IMG/VR virus record: IMGVR_UViG_2912740531_000001
Location: 8,142-72,141 of that record
Reading direction: 5' to 3' (one strand)
From: a virus
Taxonomy: Duplodnaviria; Caudoviricetes
DNA: 64,000 nt
The notes beneath the pieces were generated by a model. That model was not told the origin of the DNA. It made no database searches and saw nothing but the letters and a program-made list of their open reading frames with translations. Every line of letters starts with the position of its first letter. Position 1 is the first letter of the stretch. Shown in pieces: positions 55,887 through 64,000 of the stretch. A program made the position numbers and the translations under genes.

Positions 55887-56482
55887 ACCAGCGCCTCCTT
55901 CAGACAGCGCTCAACGGCGACGTTGACGGCGTGGGCGTGGCTGTCGGGGTCACTGGTCACTCGCTGGTGGGGGATGCCGTCGTCGGCCAGGAGGCGGTGC
56001 GCGTGCTGGTCGACGAGCTTGCGGTAGCGGGGGTCGTAGTCGTGGCTCGTGTCGACGGGCACTTCCTCGTCGAGCATGGTCGCGAACAGCAGGTCATACT
56101 TCGGCAGTTGCGTGGCGGCGAGCGCCAACAGGCGTTCGCGCTCAAGGCGGGGCGCAGTCCCCCCGCGGAACTCCAGCGCGGCGTGCCAGTAGGCGAGGGC
56201 ATCGTACGAGGCCCGGTCGACGAGGACGACTTCCGCGCCCAGGGCGAGCGCGGCGATCTCGTCGGCGACTCCCTGCGTGATGATCCACTCGGTGGACTGC
56301 GCGGTGTGGTGCTGCATCTTCGGCAGGCCGGCTTCCGCAGCGCGCTTGCCGAGTCGACCGGTGCGGGCCACGGTCATGCCGTGGCCGCGCAGCTCCATCT
56401 CGATGCGCTTCAGGAGCGTCGTCTTGCCGGTGGAATGCGTGCCGAGCACGCCGATCCGGATGGGCTGGTAGGAGGTCACCAC
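55883..56482 (-). CDS. P-loop kinase (AAA_28 / dNMP-kinase-like)
   Basis: IGVLGTHSTGKTT and VLVDRASYDALAY. Confidence 0.8.
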   Translation of the reverse strand: MVTSYQPIRIGVLGTHSTGKTTLLKRIEMELRGHGMTVARTGRLGKRAAEAGLPKMQHHTAQSTEWIITQGVADEIAALALGAEVVLVDRASYDALAYWHAALEFRGGTAPRLERERLLALAATQLPKYDLLFATMLDEEVPVDTSHDYDPRYRKLVDQHAHRLLADDGIPHQRVTSDPDSHAHAVNVAVERCLKEALV

Positions 56483-57078
56483 AGAGTCGGGTCCTTTTCT
56501 GGTTCAGGGGCACCGGGCAGGCCGGGCGGCACAGCCGCGGCGATCAACTGGTCCCAGGTCTCGTATCGGGAGGCCATGGCGATGAGGAGCTGGGCCGTGG
56601 CGAAGGCGTCGAACGTGGCCCTGTGCCGCTGGGCGGGGGCCTCGCTCAGGTCGGGCTGCAGGTGCTTGATGAGGGCGTCCAGGCCATAGCCGCCCAGGCC
56701 CGGGAAGGTCTTCTTGGCGAGCCGGAGCGTGTCGAGGACGCCGGCGGGCTCCCAGCCCGGCAGGTGCGCACGCAGCACGCCGTAGTCAACGTGTGCGTTG
56801 TGCGCACAGATCCAGGCCGTTCCCATGAAGGCGTGCACCTGGTCCGCGATCTCCGACCATGCCGGCTTGTCGGCCAAGTCCTTGTTCGACAAGCCGTGCA
56901 CGCGGGTGGCGAAGGCGGTGACCGGCCGGTTGGGGCGGGTGAGCCACGCCTTCGCGGTAGTCTTGTCGAGGCTGCCGTCCCGGACGGGCAGGGCTGCGAC
57001 CTCGACGAGATCGGGCGGCGTAGTGCCGTTGCCTTCGACGTCGACGACGAGCAGCGCGGGCCAGGTGCCGAAGTTCAT
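56476..57078 (-). CDS. DEDDh 3'-5' exonuclease family protein
   Basis: VVDVEG, AHNAHVD, DTLRLA, HRATFDA; start re-called at MNFGTW. Confidence 0.9.
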   Translation of the reverse strand: MNFGTWPALLVVDVEGNGTTPPDLVEVAALPVRDGSLDKTTAKAWLTRPNRPVTAFATRVHGLSNKDLADKPAWSEIADQVHAFMGTAWICAHNAHVDYGVLRAHLPGWEPAGVLDTLRLAKKTFPGLGGYGLDALIKHLQPDLSEAPAQRHRATFDAFATAQLLIAMASRYETWDQLIAAAVPPGLPGAPEPEKDPTLW

Positions 57079-58265
57079 GGTGTGTCGGTTCCGTTCTCCG
57101 CCTCCCAGCCGATGGGGGCCCGGCCGTGCTGGCGGTAGAGATGGGGATGCTCGCGGGCGTGGCACTGGAAGCCGAACCCGTGCTGCAGGAAGTAACGGGG
57201 CGGCTCGTCCAGTCCCTCGACGACGATTGCACGGTCATTGACCTCAACGGCGCCAACTGCCCCGAGGGCGCGCGCCGCGCGCTCGACGTCCGCCAACTCC
57301 GGCTTGTTCCATGCCTTCTGGCACAGAGCGATCTGCTCGGGCGGACAGATGTTGCACAGCTCGCGCACCCCGAAGTGGCCGTTGTAGTCGGCCTCTCCAT
57401 GGGCGTAGGCGACTCCGCAGCTCGTCTTGCGGAACAGTGCCCCCCAGGGCAGGCCACCGGGCAGCCGGCTCGCGTCGAAGGTGTCCAAGATGCGCTGCTC
57501 CGCCAGCTCCGGCATGATCTTGCGCCGGGCCGTGTCCTCGTACGGCATCGGCAGGCCGTGCGCCTCGTAATAGGCGGCGATCTCTTTCCGGAAGAACAGG
57601 CCCGTGAACACCGTGGCGTGTGCATGCAGCGACAGCTCGCGGGCCCGCTCGATGTGCTCGTCGGAGTCGTTGAGGCCCGGCACGATCGGCCGCCAGTAGT
57701 TCACGACCCGATAGCGTTCGGCGTGCTCGTGCAGCATGCGCAGGCTGTCCGCCGCGTACGTGGAGTTGACGGGCTCGATCGCGGGGTCGTCGATGCCGGA
57801 GTGGGTGACGAGCACGGTGAGCCGCAGGTTCTTGAAGGTGTTGAGGACGGCGCAGTCTTCGGCATCCACCCGCCACCGGGTGATGATCAGCACGTGGTTG
57901 GTCAGGCCCTGGTCGTCGAGGAGCTGCAGCACGCGGAAGACGTGTGGCTTGACGACCGGCAGCATTGGGTCGGTGGCCCGGTTCAGGAGCTGGATCGGTG
58001 TCTTGTGCGGGCGGAAGTATTGGTGGTCGACGAGCTGCTTCACGGCGTCCTCGTCGCTCATCAGGCGCCGCGGGGTCTTCATGCCGAAGTTGTCGAACAG
58101 GTGGCGGACGCAGTAGCCGCACTCCAGCGGGCAGCCGACGATGTGGTTCACCGACAGGCCCGACTTGCGGTACTCGATCACGTCGGCGAGCTCGGGTTTG
58201 AGTTCAGCTATCTGCGCGGGGGTCAGCAGGGGCAGTAAGCGGCGGGCCGCGACAGGAGCAGTCAC
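57075..58265 (-). CDS. Radical SAM protein (spore photoproduct lyase-like clade)
   Basis: GCPLECGYC (CxxxCxxC), ATDPM, RPIVPGLND; extra C-terminal cysteines. Confidence 0.85.
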   Translation of the reverse strand: MTAPVAARRLLPLLTPAQIAELKPELADVIEYRKSGLSVNHIVGCPLECGYCVRHLFDNFGMKTPRRLMSDEDAVKQLVDHQYFRPHKTPIQLLNRATDPMLPVVKPHVFRVLQLLDDQGLTNHVLIITRWRVDAEDCAVLNTFKNLRLTVLVTHSGIDDPAIEPVNSTYAADSLRMLHEHAERYRVVNYWRPIVPGLNDSDEHIERARELSLHAHATVFTGLFFRKEIAAYYEAHGLPMPYEDTARRKIMPELAEQRILDTFDASRLPGGLPWGALFRKTSCGVAYAHGEADYNGHFGVRELCNICPPEQIALCQKAWNKPELADVERAARALGAVGAVEVNDRAIVVEGLDEPPRYFLQHGFGFQCHAREHPHLYRQHGRAPIGWEAENGTDTP

Positions 58266-58290
58266 TAGAGCCTCCGGAGGCTGGGGGCGG

Positions 58291-59334
58291 TCAGCGGTTG
58301 GTGTGCGTGGGCTGGGGCGGAACACCGTTCGAGGTGAGGAGCAGGCGGCGGCCGGCGCCGAACCAGGTGCCGAGGTCCCGGCGGGCCGCATCCGCGTCGT
58401 CCGAGGTGTGAACCAGGTTGTGGACCAGGCGTTTCTCGGTGAGGGCGCGTTCGAGGCTGTCGTTGCCGAGGTCGCCGCGGATCGTGCCGGGCGCGGCGTG
58501 GGGCGGGTCGAAGTGGCCGATGAGCTGGCGCAGCCGGTTGTGGATGCCTGGTTCCCCGTAGGCGAGAGCGACTGTCACGGCCTTGCCCGCGTAGGCGTCG
58601 TCCAGGCAGGCGGGGATGTCTCGGTCGGGGAACCAGCCGCGGTCAACGAGGAGATCCCAGTAGTGCACGTTGGCCTGCCATGCCTGCACGATGACGTCCT
58701 GGCGGTTGGCGATGGTGCAGCCGGCGGACTCGATCCGCTTGAGTACGGCGTCCACCAGGCCGCGCTCGACCGCGTCCGGCTTGCACAGGACGACGGAACA
58801 GCGGTCGAAGTCGGAGACCTGCAGGGGGCGGCCGGACCCGTACCAGGTGCCGAACTCGTGGCGGGCGCCGGCCGGATCGTCACTGGTGTGGACGAGGTTC
58901 CGCACGAGTCGCTTCTCGGCGCGTGCAGCGGCGAGGCTGTCGTCCCCGAGGTCGCCGCGGATCGTGCCTGCCACCGCCCGGGTCGGGTCGGTGTGGCCGA
59001 TGAGCTGGCGCAGCCGTGCATGGAGGCCGGGTTCACCGTGCGCGAGGGCCACGGTGATCTGCCGACCGGTGTACGCGGCGTCGAGGTAGGCGGGCAGATC
59101 CAGTTCCCTGGGGGCGGTGTCGGCGAGGAGATTTCGGTAGACGACGTGCGGCTGCCACGGCTCGGCGATCAGGTCCAGGCGATTCGAGACGGTGAAGCCC
59201 GTGTCGGAGATCATCCCGAGTACGCGGTTGACGAGGCCGCGCGCCACGGCGTCCGGCTTGCACAGGATGACCGCCCAGCGCTCGAAGTCGACGCCTTCCA
59301 CCACGGCGCCGCTCATCGGCCTTCCGCCGCTCAC
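58291..59334 (-). CDS. ndk: Nucleoside diphosphate kinase, two tandem domains
   Basis: KPDAV, GTIRGDLG and NLVHTSD each occur twice. Confidence 0.9.
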   Translation of the reverse strand: MSGGRPMSGAVVEGVDFERWAVILCKPDAVARGLVNRVLGMISDTGFTVSNRLDLIAEPWQPHVVYRNLLADTAPRELDLPAYLDAAYTGRQITVALAHGEPGLHARLRQLIGHTDPTRAVAGTIRGDLGDDSLAAARAEKRLVRNLVHTSDDPAGARHEFGTWYGSGRPLQVSDFDRCSVVLCKPDAVERGLVDAVLKRIESAGCTIANRQDVIVQAWQANVHYWDLLVDRGWFPDRDIPACLDDAYAGKAVTVALAYGEPGIHNRLRQLIGHFDPPHAAPGTIRGDLGNDSLERALTEKRLVHNLVHTSDDADAARRDLGTWFGAGRRLLLTSNGVPPQPTHTNR

Positions 59335-60356
59335 TTAGCACCCCCGGCCGCAGCCGCCGCGCAGGCCGGCCACTTGCGTTCCATGAGCCAGCGCAGGCCG
59401 GGGTCGAGCGCGGCCAGGACGCCCGGGTCGAAGGCCATGGTCTGGTCGTGCTGGACCTGCCGGTACAGCTCGAACAGCATCAACACCTGCTGCCAGTACG
59501 GATCCAGGCCCAGGCCGCGGATGTGTTCGGCGCTGTAGCGGAGTTGGTTCGTGCGCAGCGCCTCTTCGTGCATAAGGACGTGCGCGATGGTCGCTCCCTC
59601 GGTGCCCGCTGGCATTGCCGGGAAAGCGAATGAGGGCACGGTGGGACGTGAGTCGGCCTCGGCCAGGACGCGCTTGACGCGCTCGGCGTTGCGGTCGTTG
59701 ACGTGGGCGGACCCGATGAAGTGCGTGTACGTGCCGAGCTCCAGGCCGAGCTGGATGGCCGCGTACTCCTGGATCATCGTGAAGGAGAAGACGTCAGACA
59801 GCAGGCCGCAGTCGAGATCGTTCGCGCGCATGTTGCAGACCACGTGCAGATGCCCGTCGCGCGGGAGCAGATGCAGGCCGGCCAAGCATGCGACGTCGGG
59901 GTTGTTGTGGTCGGCGAGTTCCTTCGCCTTGAACACCGGCAGGTAGCCGCGCTTGCTGTCGGGCTCGGTCAGCAGTAGCTCCATCACTTGGTCGAACTGC
60001 GACTGCTTGGTGCTGCCGTTCGTGCTGAACAGCGCGTGGCCGTACGCGGAACCGCCGAGGCGGATGCCGTCGACGCTGCTGGCGCGCATGGACGGGGCGT
60101 AGTAGCCGATCATGTCCAGGTCGCGGCGTCCAGCGAGGTACCAGAGCGCTTCGGCGAACTGGAACACCGGGTTCGCCTTGCGCTCGGCGATGTACGGCAG
60201 GCGCTGGCGGGGGTTGGTGAGGCGGAACCCTACGCCGATGACCTCGCGGGCGTCGTTGCCGCGGGCCGAGATGTGGTGTTCGGCATCCTCGGTGGCCAGC
60301 CGGAGCAGGGCCAGGTAGGCGCCTTCCACACTGGTGAACTCGGGGGTGGTGAGCAT
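59331..60356 (-). CDS. Thymidylate synthase-fold enzyme, probable (d)CMP hydroxymethylase
   Basis: AEALWYLAG, AYG, DSKR, catalytic DVAC, MRANDLDCGLLSD, YTHFIGSAHV; Asp at the Asn177-equivalent site; start re-called at MLTTPEF. Confidence 0.85.
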   Translation of the reverse strand: MLTTPEFTSVEGAYLALLRLATEDAEHHISARGNDAREVIGVGFRLTNPRQRLPYIAERKANPVFQFAEALWYLAGRRDLDMIGYYAPSMRASSVDGIRLGGSAYGHALFSTNGSTKQSQFDQVMELLLTEPDSKRGYLPVFKAKELADHNNPDVACLAGLHLLPRDGHLHVVCNMRANDLDCGLLSDVFSFTMIQEYAAIQLGLELGTYTHFIGSAHVNDRNAERVKRVLAEADSRPTVPSFAFPAMPAGTEGATIAHVLMHEEALRTNQLRYSAEHIRGLGLDPYWQQVLMLFELYRQVQHDQTMAFDPGVLAALDPGLRWLMERKWPACAAAAAGGAK

Positions 60357-60478
60357 GGGGCTCCAATCGAGGGGGGTGGTGTACCTGCGCCATGACCTGG
60401 GATCGGATGTCGTCCGGGCCGCCGGGCAGGGGGCCTGCCCCCGGCTGTGGTTGCGCACAGGGCGCCGGGGGCAGGTGT

Positions 60479-61129
60479 TCATGCGGTGCTGGGTCTGATC
60501 GCCTCGGGGTGCGGATCAATGGGCCGGTTCGTAACGGCGAAGACCAGGTGCAATGAGTGCCCCGGAGTATCAGGGGTGCTGACGTCGTGCTTCATGCCGT
60601 GCGGCAGAACCATCACGTCCCCTGCCCGCATCACGATCTCTTGCGGAGCGGCCTGGGCGATCGGCCAGACCAGCCACCGCTTCACGCCCGAGAACTGCAC
60701 GATCAGGCCCGTCCAGGCGTCATCGTGCGGGCCCAGGTTGCGATCACCCGCGAGCGATTCGTAGGCCGTGCAGACCACTTCGCGCCGCAGCAAGCCGGCC
60801 AGATAGAGCGTTGCCAGGCTGACCCAGCTATCGCTCCGCACATGCAGGCTCTCGTACACCCGGGTCCTCGGCCGGTCTAGGTGGCACCCGGCGACATCGT
60901 CCGCGTGGTCAGGGCGGACGAAGCCGTCGCCGTCGGCCAACGCCACCGTCTGGCCCGGCTGTCGCGCGTCCGCCAGCGGCAACCGCCGATCAGCGAGCCA
61001 CTCCGCAGTGAACACGCTCCTCTCGCATATGAGACGGTCGGGCGCGAGCAAGATCCCCTGCACAGCCGTCGCCCACAGCGGAGCGAGAAAGGTAGTGGCC
61101 GTCGCGAAGGGCGAGTTCAACGTCAACAT
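60479..61129 (-). CDS. JmjC/cupin 2OG-Fe(II) oxygenase-like protein
   Basis: LGPHDD, GVKRWLVW, AGDVMVLPHGMKH (HxD...H triad). Confidence 0.8.
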   Translation of the reverse strand: MLTLNSPFATATTFLAPLWATAVQGILLAPDRLICERSVFTAEWLADRRLPLADARQPGQTVALADGDGFVRPDHADDVAGCHLDRPRTRVYESLHVRSDSWVSLATLYLAGLLRREVVCTAYESLAGDRNLGPHDDAWTGLIVQFSGVKRWLVWPIAQAAPQEIVMRAGDVMVLPHGMKHDVSTPDTPGHSLHLVFAVTNRPIDPHPEAIRPSTA

Positions 61130-61485
61130 GACTCGTCCTTCTGGTTGGCCATGACGTACCAGTGCGTGCCGTCCTTCTTCATGCAGTTGCTTGCGCGCGC
61201 CAGCAACGCGTACGTGTTGAGGGCGTGGTCGCCGGGGTCGAGGACCTGCGTCGCGTGAAGCACGTCCGTCCTGTCCAGCTCGGACAGCTTGTGCGGCCGC
61301 AACTCCACCACACGCCGTTCCGTGTCGACCGACTGAACGAGAACCTCGTCCGGGGCGAGGTCCAGGTCGTGAGGCGTGTGCATGAGCCGGAAGGCACTTC
61401 CAGCGGGGTGCTGATCCAGCAACCGGCTGATCTCACGGAACAAGTCGGTCTGGTGCTCGACCAACGTGGGACCCGTAACAGTCAT
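61123..61485 (-). CDS. Hypothetical protein heading the oxygenase pair
   Basis: 120-aa ORF, RBS GGAG, stop overlaps the cupin start. Confidence 0.65.
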   Translation of the reverse strand: MTVTGPTLVEHQTDLFREISRLLDQHPAGSAFRLMHTPHDLDLAPDEVLVQSVDTERRVVELRPHKLSELDRTDVLHATQVLDPGDHALNTYALLARASNCMKKDGTHWYVMANQKDESC

Positions 61486-61757
61486 CTGCTACTTCTCCAT
61501 GGTGTTATGAAATGAGATGGGATGTTCGAGGCGTGGCGCCCGCCCGCCAGGGGGGGAGTCGGACGAGCGCCACGCCAATGCGGGCGTCCAGCTCTCGGGA
61601 GTGGCATTGCGAAATCACTGGACGATCGTTGCGGCCCGGCGTGAGGGAACAGTGCCTTGTGCTGTGAGGGAGCAGTCGGATTGGCTCCCCCGCGCCGGGG
61701 GTGGGTGCCTGCCCGATGACCGCAGGCCGGATGGGCACCGGGTCACCGGGCAGGGGT

Positions 61758-62240
61758 CTAGGCGGCCAAGTCGTCGCTGTACAGCGGTACGCCCAGGAGG
61801 CAATGTTCGATGCGGCGCAGGGCGTGGTCGACGGCGAGGTCGCCCACGTTGGCGCGCTCGACCCAGCGTGCTTCGCCCAGACCGCCGGCCTTGGTGACGG
61901 CCGGCTCGACGTCGTCAGGGATGTCAACCCGGTAGACGTAGTTGGTGCCTTCGCGGTGCTGTCCCGGCTGCTCTGGGACGTGGTCGACGATGACCATGCG
62001 ACCGGCCGTCGCCCGAAGGGTCAGCCTCTCGGCGAGCAGGCGGCTGAGGGCGCGCCGGGGAAGTTCGTTTGCGGCTGCTGAACCTCCCGGCAGGCCCCAC
62101 TCGGAGACGGCGGCCCTGTACGGACGGCTGACCATGAGAACCTGTGTGCCCCTGGTGATGAGGGCGAGGGCCCCCACGCGGCGGGGTGGGGGGTCCTGGA
62201 ACCAGTCTCGTGCCTCTTCGTCCCGTGTCTCTTCGGGCAT
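61758..62240 (-). CDS. NUDIX-fold protein with degenerate Nudix box
   Basis: RRVGALALI and WGLPGG but no RExxEE; start re-called at MPEETR. Confidence 0.7.
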   Translation of the reverse strand: MPEETRDEEARDWFQDPPPRRVGALALITRGTQVLMVSRPYRAAVSEWGLPGGSAAANELPRRALSRLLAERLTLRATAGRMVIVDHVPEQPGQHREGTNYVYRVDIPDDVEPAVTKAGGLGEARWVERANVGDLAVDHALRRIEHCLLGVPLYSDDLAA

Positions 62241-62363
62241 GACGCTCCCTGGTCTCGATGATGACGGTGGTAGGCCCACTACGGCAGTCCGACAACTGCC
62301 GCACCGGGGTTGGTGCCTGCCTGGTGGCCTCATGCCGAACGTCATGGGTTACCGGACAGAGGT

Positions 62364-63050
62364 CTAGGCGGCGTCCCTCCACTTGGCCTCTTCTGCGGCC
62401 ATCGCGCGCAACTCCTCTGGAGACACGGCTTTGACCCCGTGAAGGCTGACGACGGTGAAGTTGGCCAGCGTCCAGCGGATTTCCTTATCGCCGACGTGGA
62501 CGTGCTGAAGATCGCCAGGCCGGGAGCCAGGACTGGGAAGAGGAGCCAGCGTCACCGGGTCGTGGACTACCCCGGCCACACCCCAGAGCGGGTTGTACTC
62601 AACGAGCGCGGCAGCGTGCCCCCGCCCGAGGGGAGGGCAATTCTCGATCGCCTCCACCGCGCAGAGAGGATGCACGGGCGGTGCGGCGGTGGTCTCCCCT
62701 TCGGCGATCGGGGTCGCGGCACCCACCAGGTGAAGCGTGCGCTCGTCATCGGCCCGCCACCCGAGCGCAGTGTCTCCGCACACCTGGCACAGGCTGTACC
62801 GCACGGCACGCTTCTGGCGGTGCGTATTTATCCGGTTGAAGTCCGGCCGGCCACGGCCCTGGGCAAGGCCGGAGCGCACCCACAGTGCCTCGTGGCGCCG
62901 GTCGGTCACCGGGTGCTCGTCCTCGTAGCCGATGCCCTCGCCGCCGCGTCCGACAATCCGGATGACGGGCGGCTGGGGCAGGACCTCCCCGGTCCACGCG
63001 GTGATGTACGGGACGCGCGTGCCGTTCCAATAGTGCTGTTGTTGCGTCAT
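62364..63050 (-). CDS. Hypothetical Cys/His protein
   Basis: VPYITAW, LCQVCG, PPVHPLCA; ATGA overlap with the upstream gene. Confidence 0.75.
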   Translation of the reverse strand: MTQQQHYWNGTRVPYITAWTGEVLPQPPVIRIVGRGGEGIGYEDEHPVTDRRHEALWVRSGLAQGRGRPDFNRINTHRQKRAVRYSLCQVCGDTALGWRADDERTLHLVGAATPIAEGETTAAPPVHPLCAVEAIENCPPLGRGHAAALVEYNPLWGVAGVVHDPVTLAPLPSPGSRPGDLQHVHVGDKEIRWTLANFTVVSLHGVKAVSPEELRAMAAEEAKWRDAA

Positions 63051-64000
63051 GGCTCCACCACCCCCGGGGGAAGCACCGCGCACACGGTCTTGCCGGAGCC
63101 ATCGTGGTGCAGGAACCAGCCGAGCATGGCCCCCAACTCCGCGACCCTCCGAAGGCCTCGCCCCTTTTCTCCTCGGGCTGCGGCTGTGAAGTCTGGGAAT
63201 GACGGATTGCGGTCGGACACGTCGATGAGGAGATCGCCCGCTTCGTCTACGGCGGCACGCACGAAGATTGTCTGCGTCTCCGCGTGGTCAGGCAGTCCAT
63301 GACGTACTCCGTTGTCAACAAGACGGGTGAGCACCTCCTCGGCTTGGAGAATGGCACCCACCCAACCGAGCGCGGGAAGGCAGTAGCGGATCCACATCCG
63401 TCCAGCTCTCAGGGCAGAGGTACTGCCGGGCAGTTCAGTCTGCAAGGCGGTAACGATCGGCGATGTCTGTACTGCTACTAGACGGTTTGCCCCAACATCC
63501 TGGACGGGCGGCTGCACTGTGCGAAGGAGCTGCGGCAGCGCCCGGTAGACCATGCTGGCCTGGGTGGGCGCTCCGCCGAGCAACTTCCGGGCGTGCGCGG
63601 CAATGTCGTCAACTTCCCAGATCGACACCTGGAGTTCGTCCAACGCGTACTGCTTCTGCGTCCTGCCGCGGGCCAGCGCCTGGATGTAGTGGAGGACGTC
63701 AGGAGGAAGCCAACCGGTGTCTTCAGGGTCTGGAACATCAAGAGCCCCATGGACACGCGCGCGGAAGATGAGTTCTGGTAGGCGCCCGTGCGACTGGCTG
63801 CGTTCGGCGCCGAGCTTCTTCGCCACCGCGGACCACATTCTTCCCAGGCCGGCCGCAGGAATGCGGTGCTTCTCCTCAGACAGCTTCTCCGTGATCCCCG
63901 AACTTCGAAGGCCGAGCGCTGCTAGTGCGAGCGCACGCCGTTCCGGCAGAGATAGAGACACGGCATCCGCTGGTAATTCGGGACGTACGAGGATCGTCAC
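63047..64000 (-). CDS. HTH-like plus HATPase_c (RsbW-like) ATP-binding regulator; 5' end at or beyond the window edge
   Basis: LTRLVDNGVRHG, IDVSD, GRGL, GKTV motifs in the C-terminal third. Confidence 0.7.
   Translation of the reverse strand: MTILVRPELPADAVSLSLPERRALALAALGLRSSGITEKLSEEKHRIPAAGLGRMWSAVAKKLGAERSQSHGRLPELIFRARVHGALDVPDPEDTGWLPPDVLHYIQALARGRTQKQYALDELQVSIWEVDDIAAHARKLLGGAPTQASMVYRALPQLLRTVQPPVQDVGANRLVAVQTSPIVTALQTELPGSTSALRAGRMWIRYCLPALGWVGAILQAEEVLTRLVDNGVRHGLPDHAETQTIFVRAAVDEAGDLLIDVSDRNPSFPDFTAAARGEKGRGLRRVAELGAMLGWFLHHDGSGKTVCAVLPPGVVEP

Noticed and set aside
56476-57078. dnaQ call
   Set aside because: Stand-alone DEDDh domain embedded in the nucleotide operon; only the family is supportable
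59331-60356. Housekeeping thyA call
   Set aside because: Asp replaces the dUMP-specifying Asn and no dihydrofolate reductase is adjacent
1-64000. tRNA, rRNA, CRISPR array, att sites
   Set aside because: None recognisable by eye; tRNAscan and repeat finders were not run

Overview
High-GC actinobacterial (Streptomyces-like) window dominated by a large siphovirus-type prophage or phage-plasmid. The left part (about 0.8-13 kb) holds a terminase-small-like HTH gene, a ParB-like gene, a Rep/DnaC replication pair, a DUF2637 membrane protein, a Sak4-like AAA ATPase and a two-gene nuclease cargo (frameshifted DUF3800 plus a PD-(D/E)xK protein) bracketed by GGCGCGCC-rich DNA. From about 13.2 to 54.5 kb a minus-strand virion module runs: portal-MuF, a 4244-aa repeat-rich giant protein, prohead protease-NUDIX, HK97 capsid, neck, tail, tape measure, tail fibre, a CBM4-GH6 cellulase and a holin. 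Thirteen genes here and on the left are preceded by one conserved promoter, CGCGACRYWARC-N12-14-CANNNT. From 54.6 to 61.5 kb lies a tightly packed nucleotide-modification operon: JmjC/cupin, thymidylate-synthase-like with the cytosine-specifying Asp, double NDK, radical SAM, DEDDh nuclease, P-loop kinase, aldo-keto reductase and NUDIX-like. No large terminase, endolysin, integrase, DNA polymerase, tRNA, rRNA or CRISPR array is recognisable. All calls come from motif reading by eye; no database searches were run.
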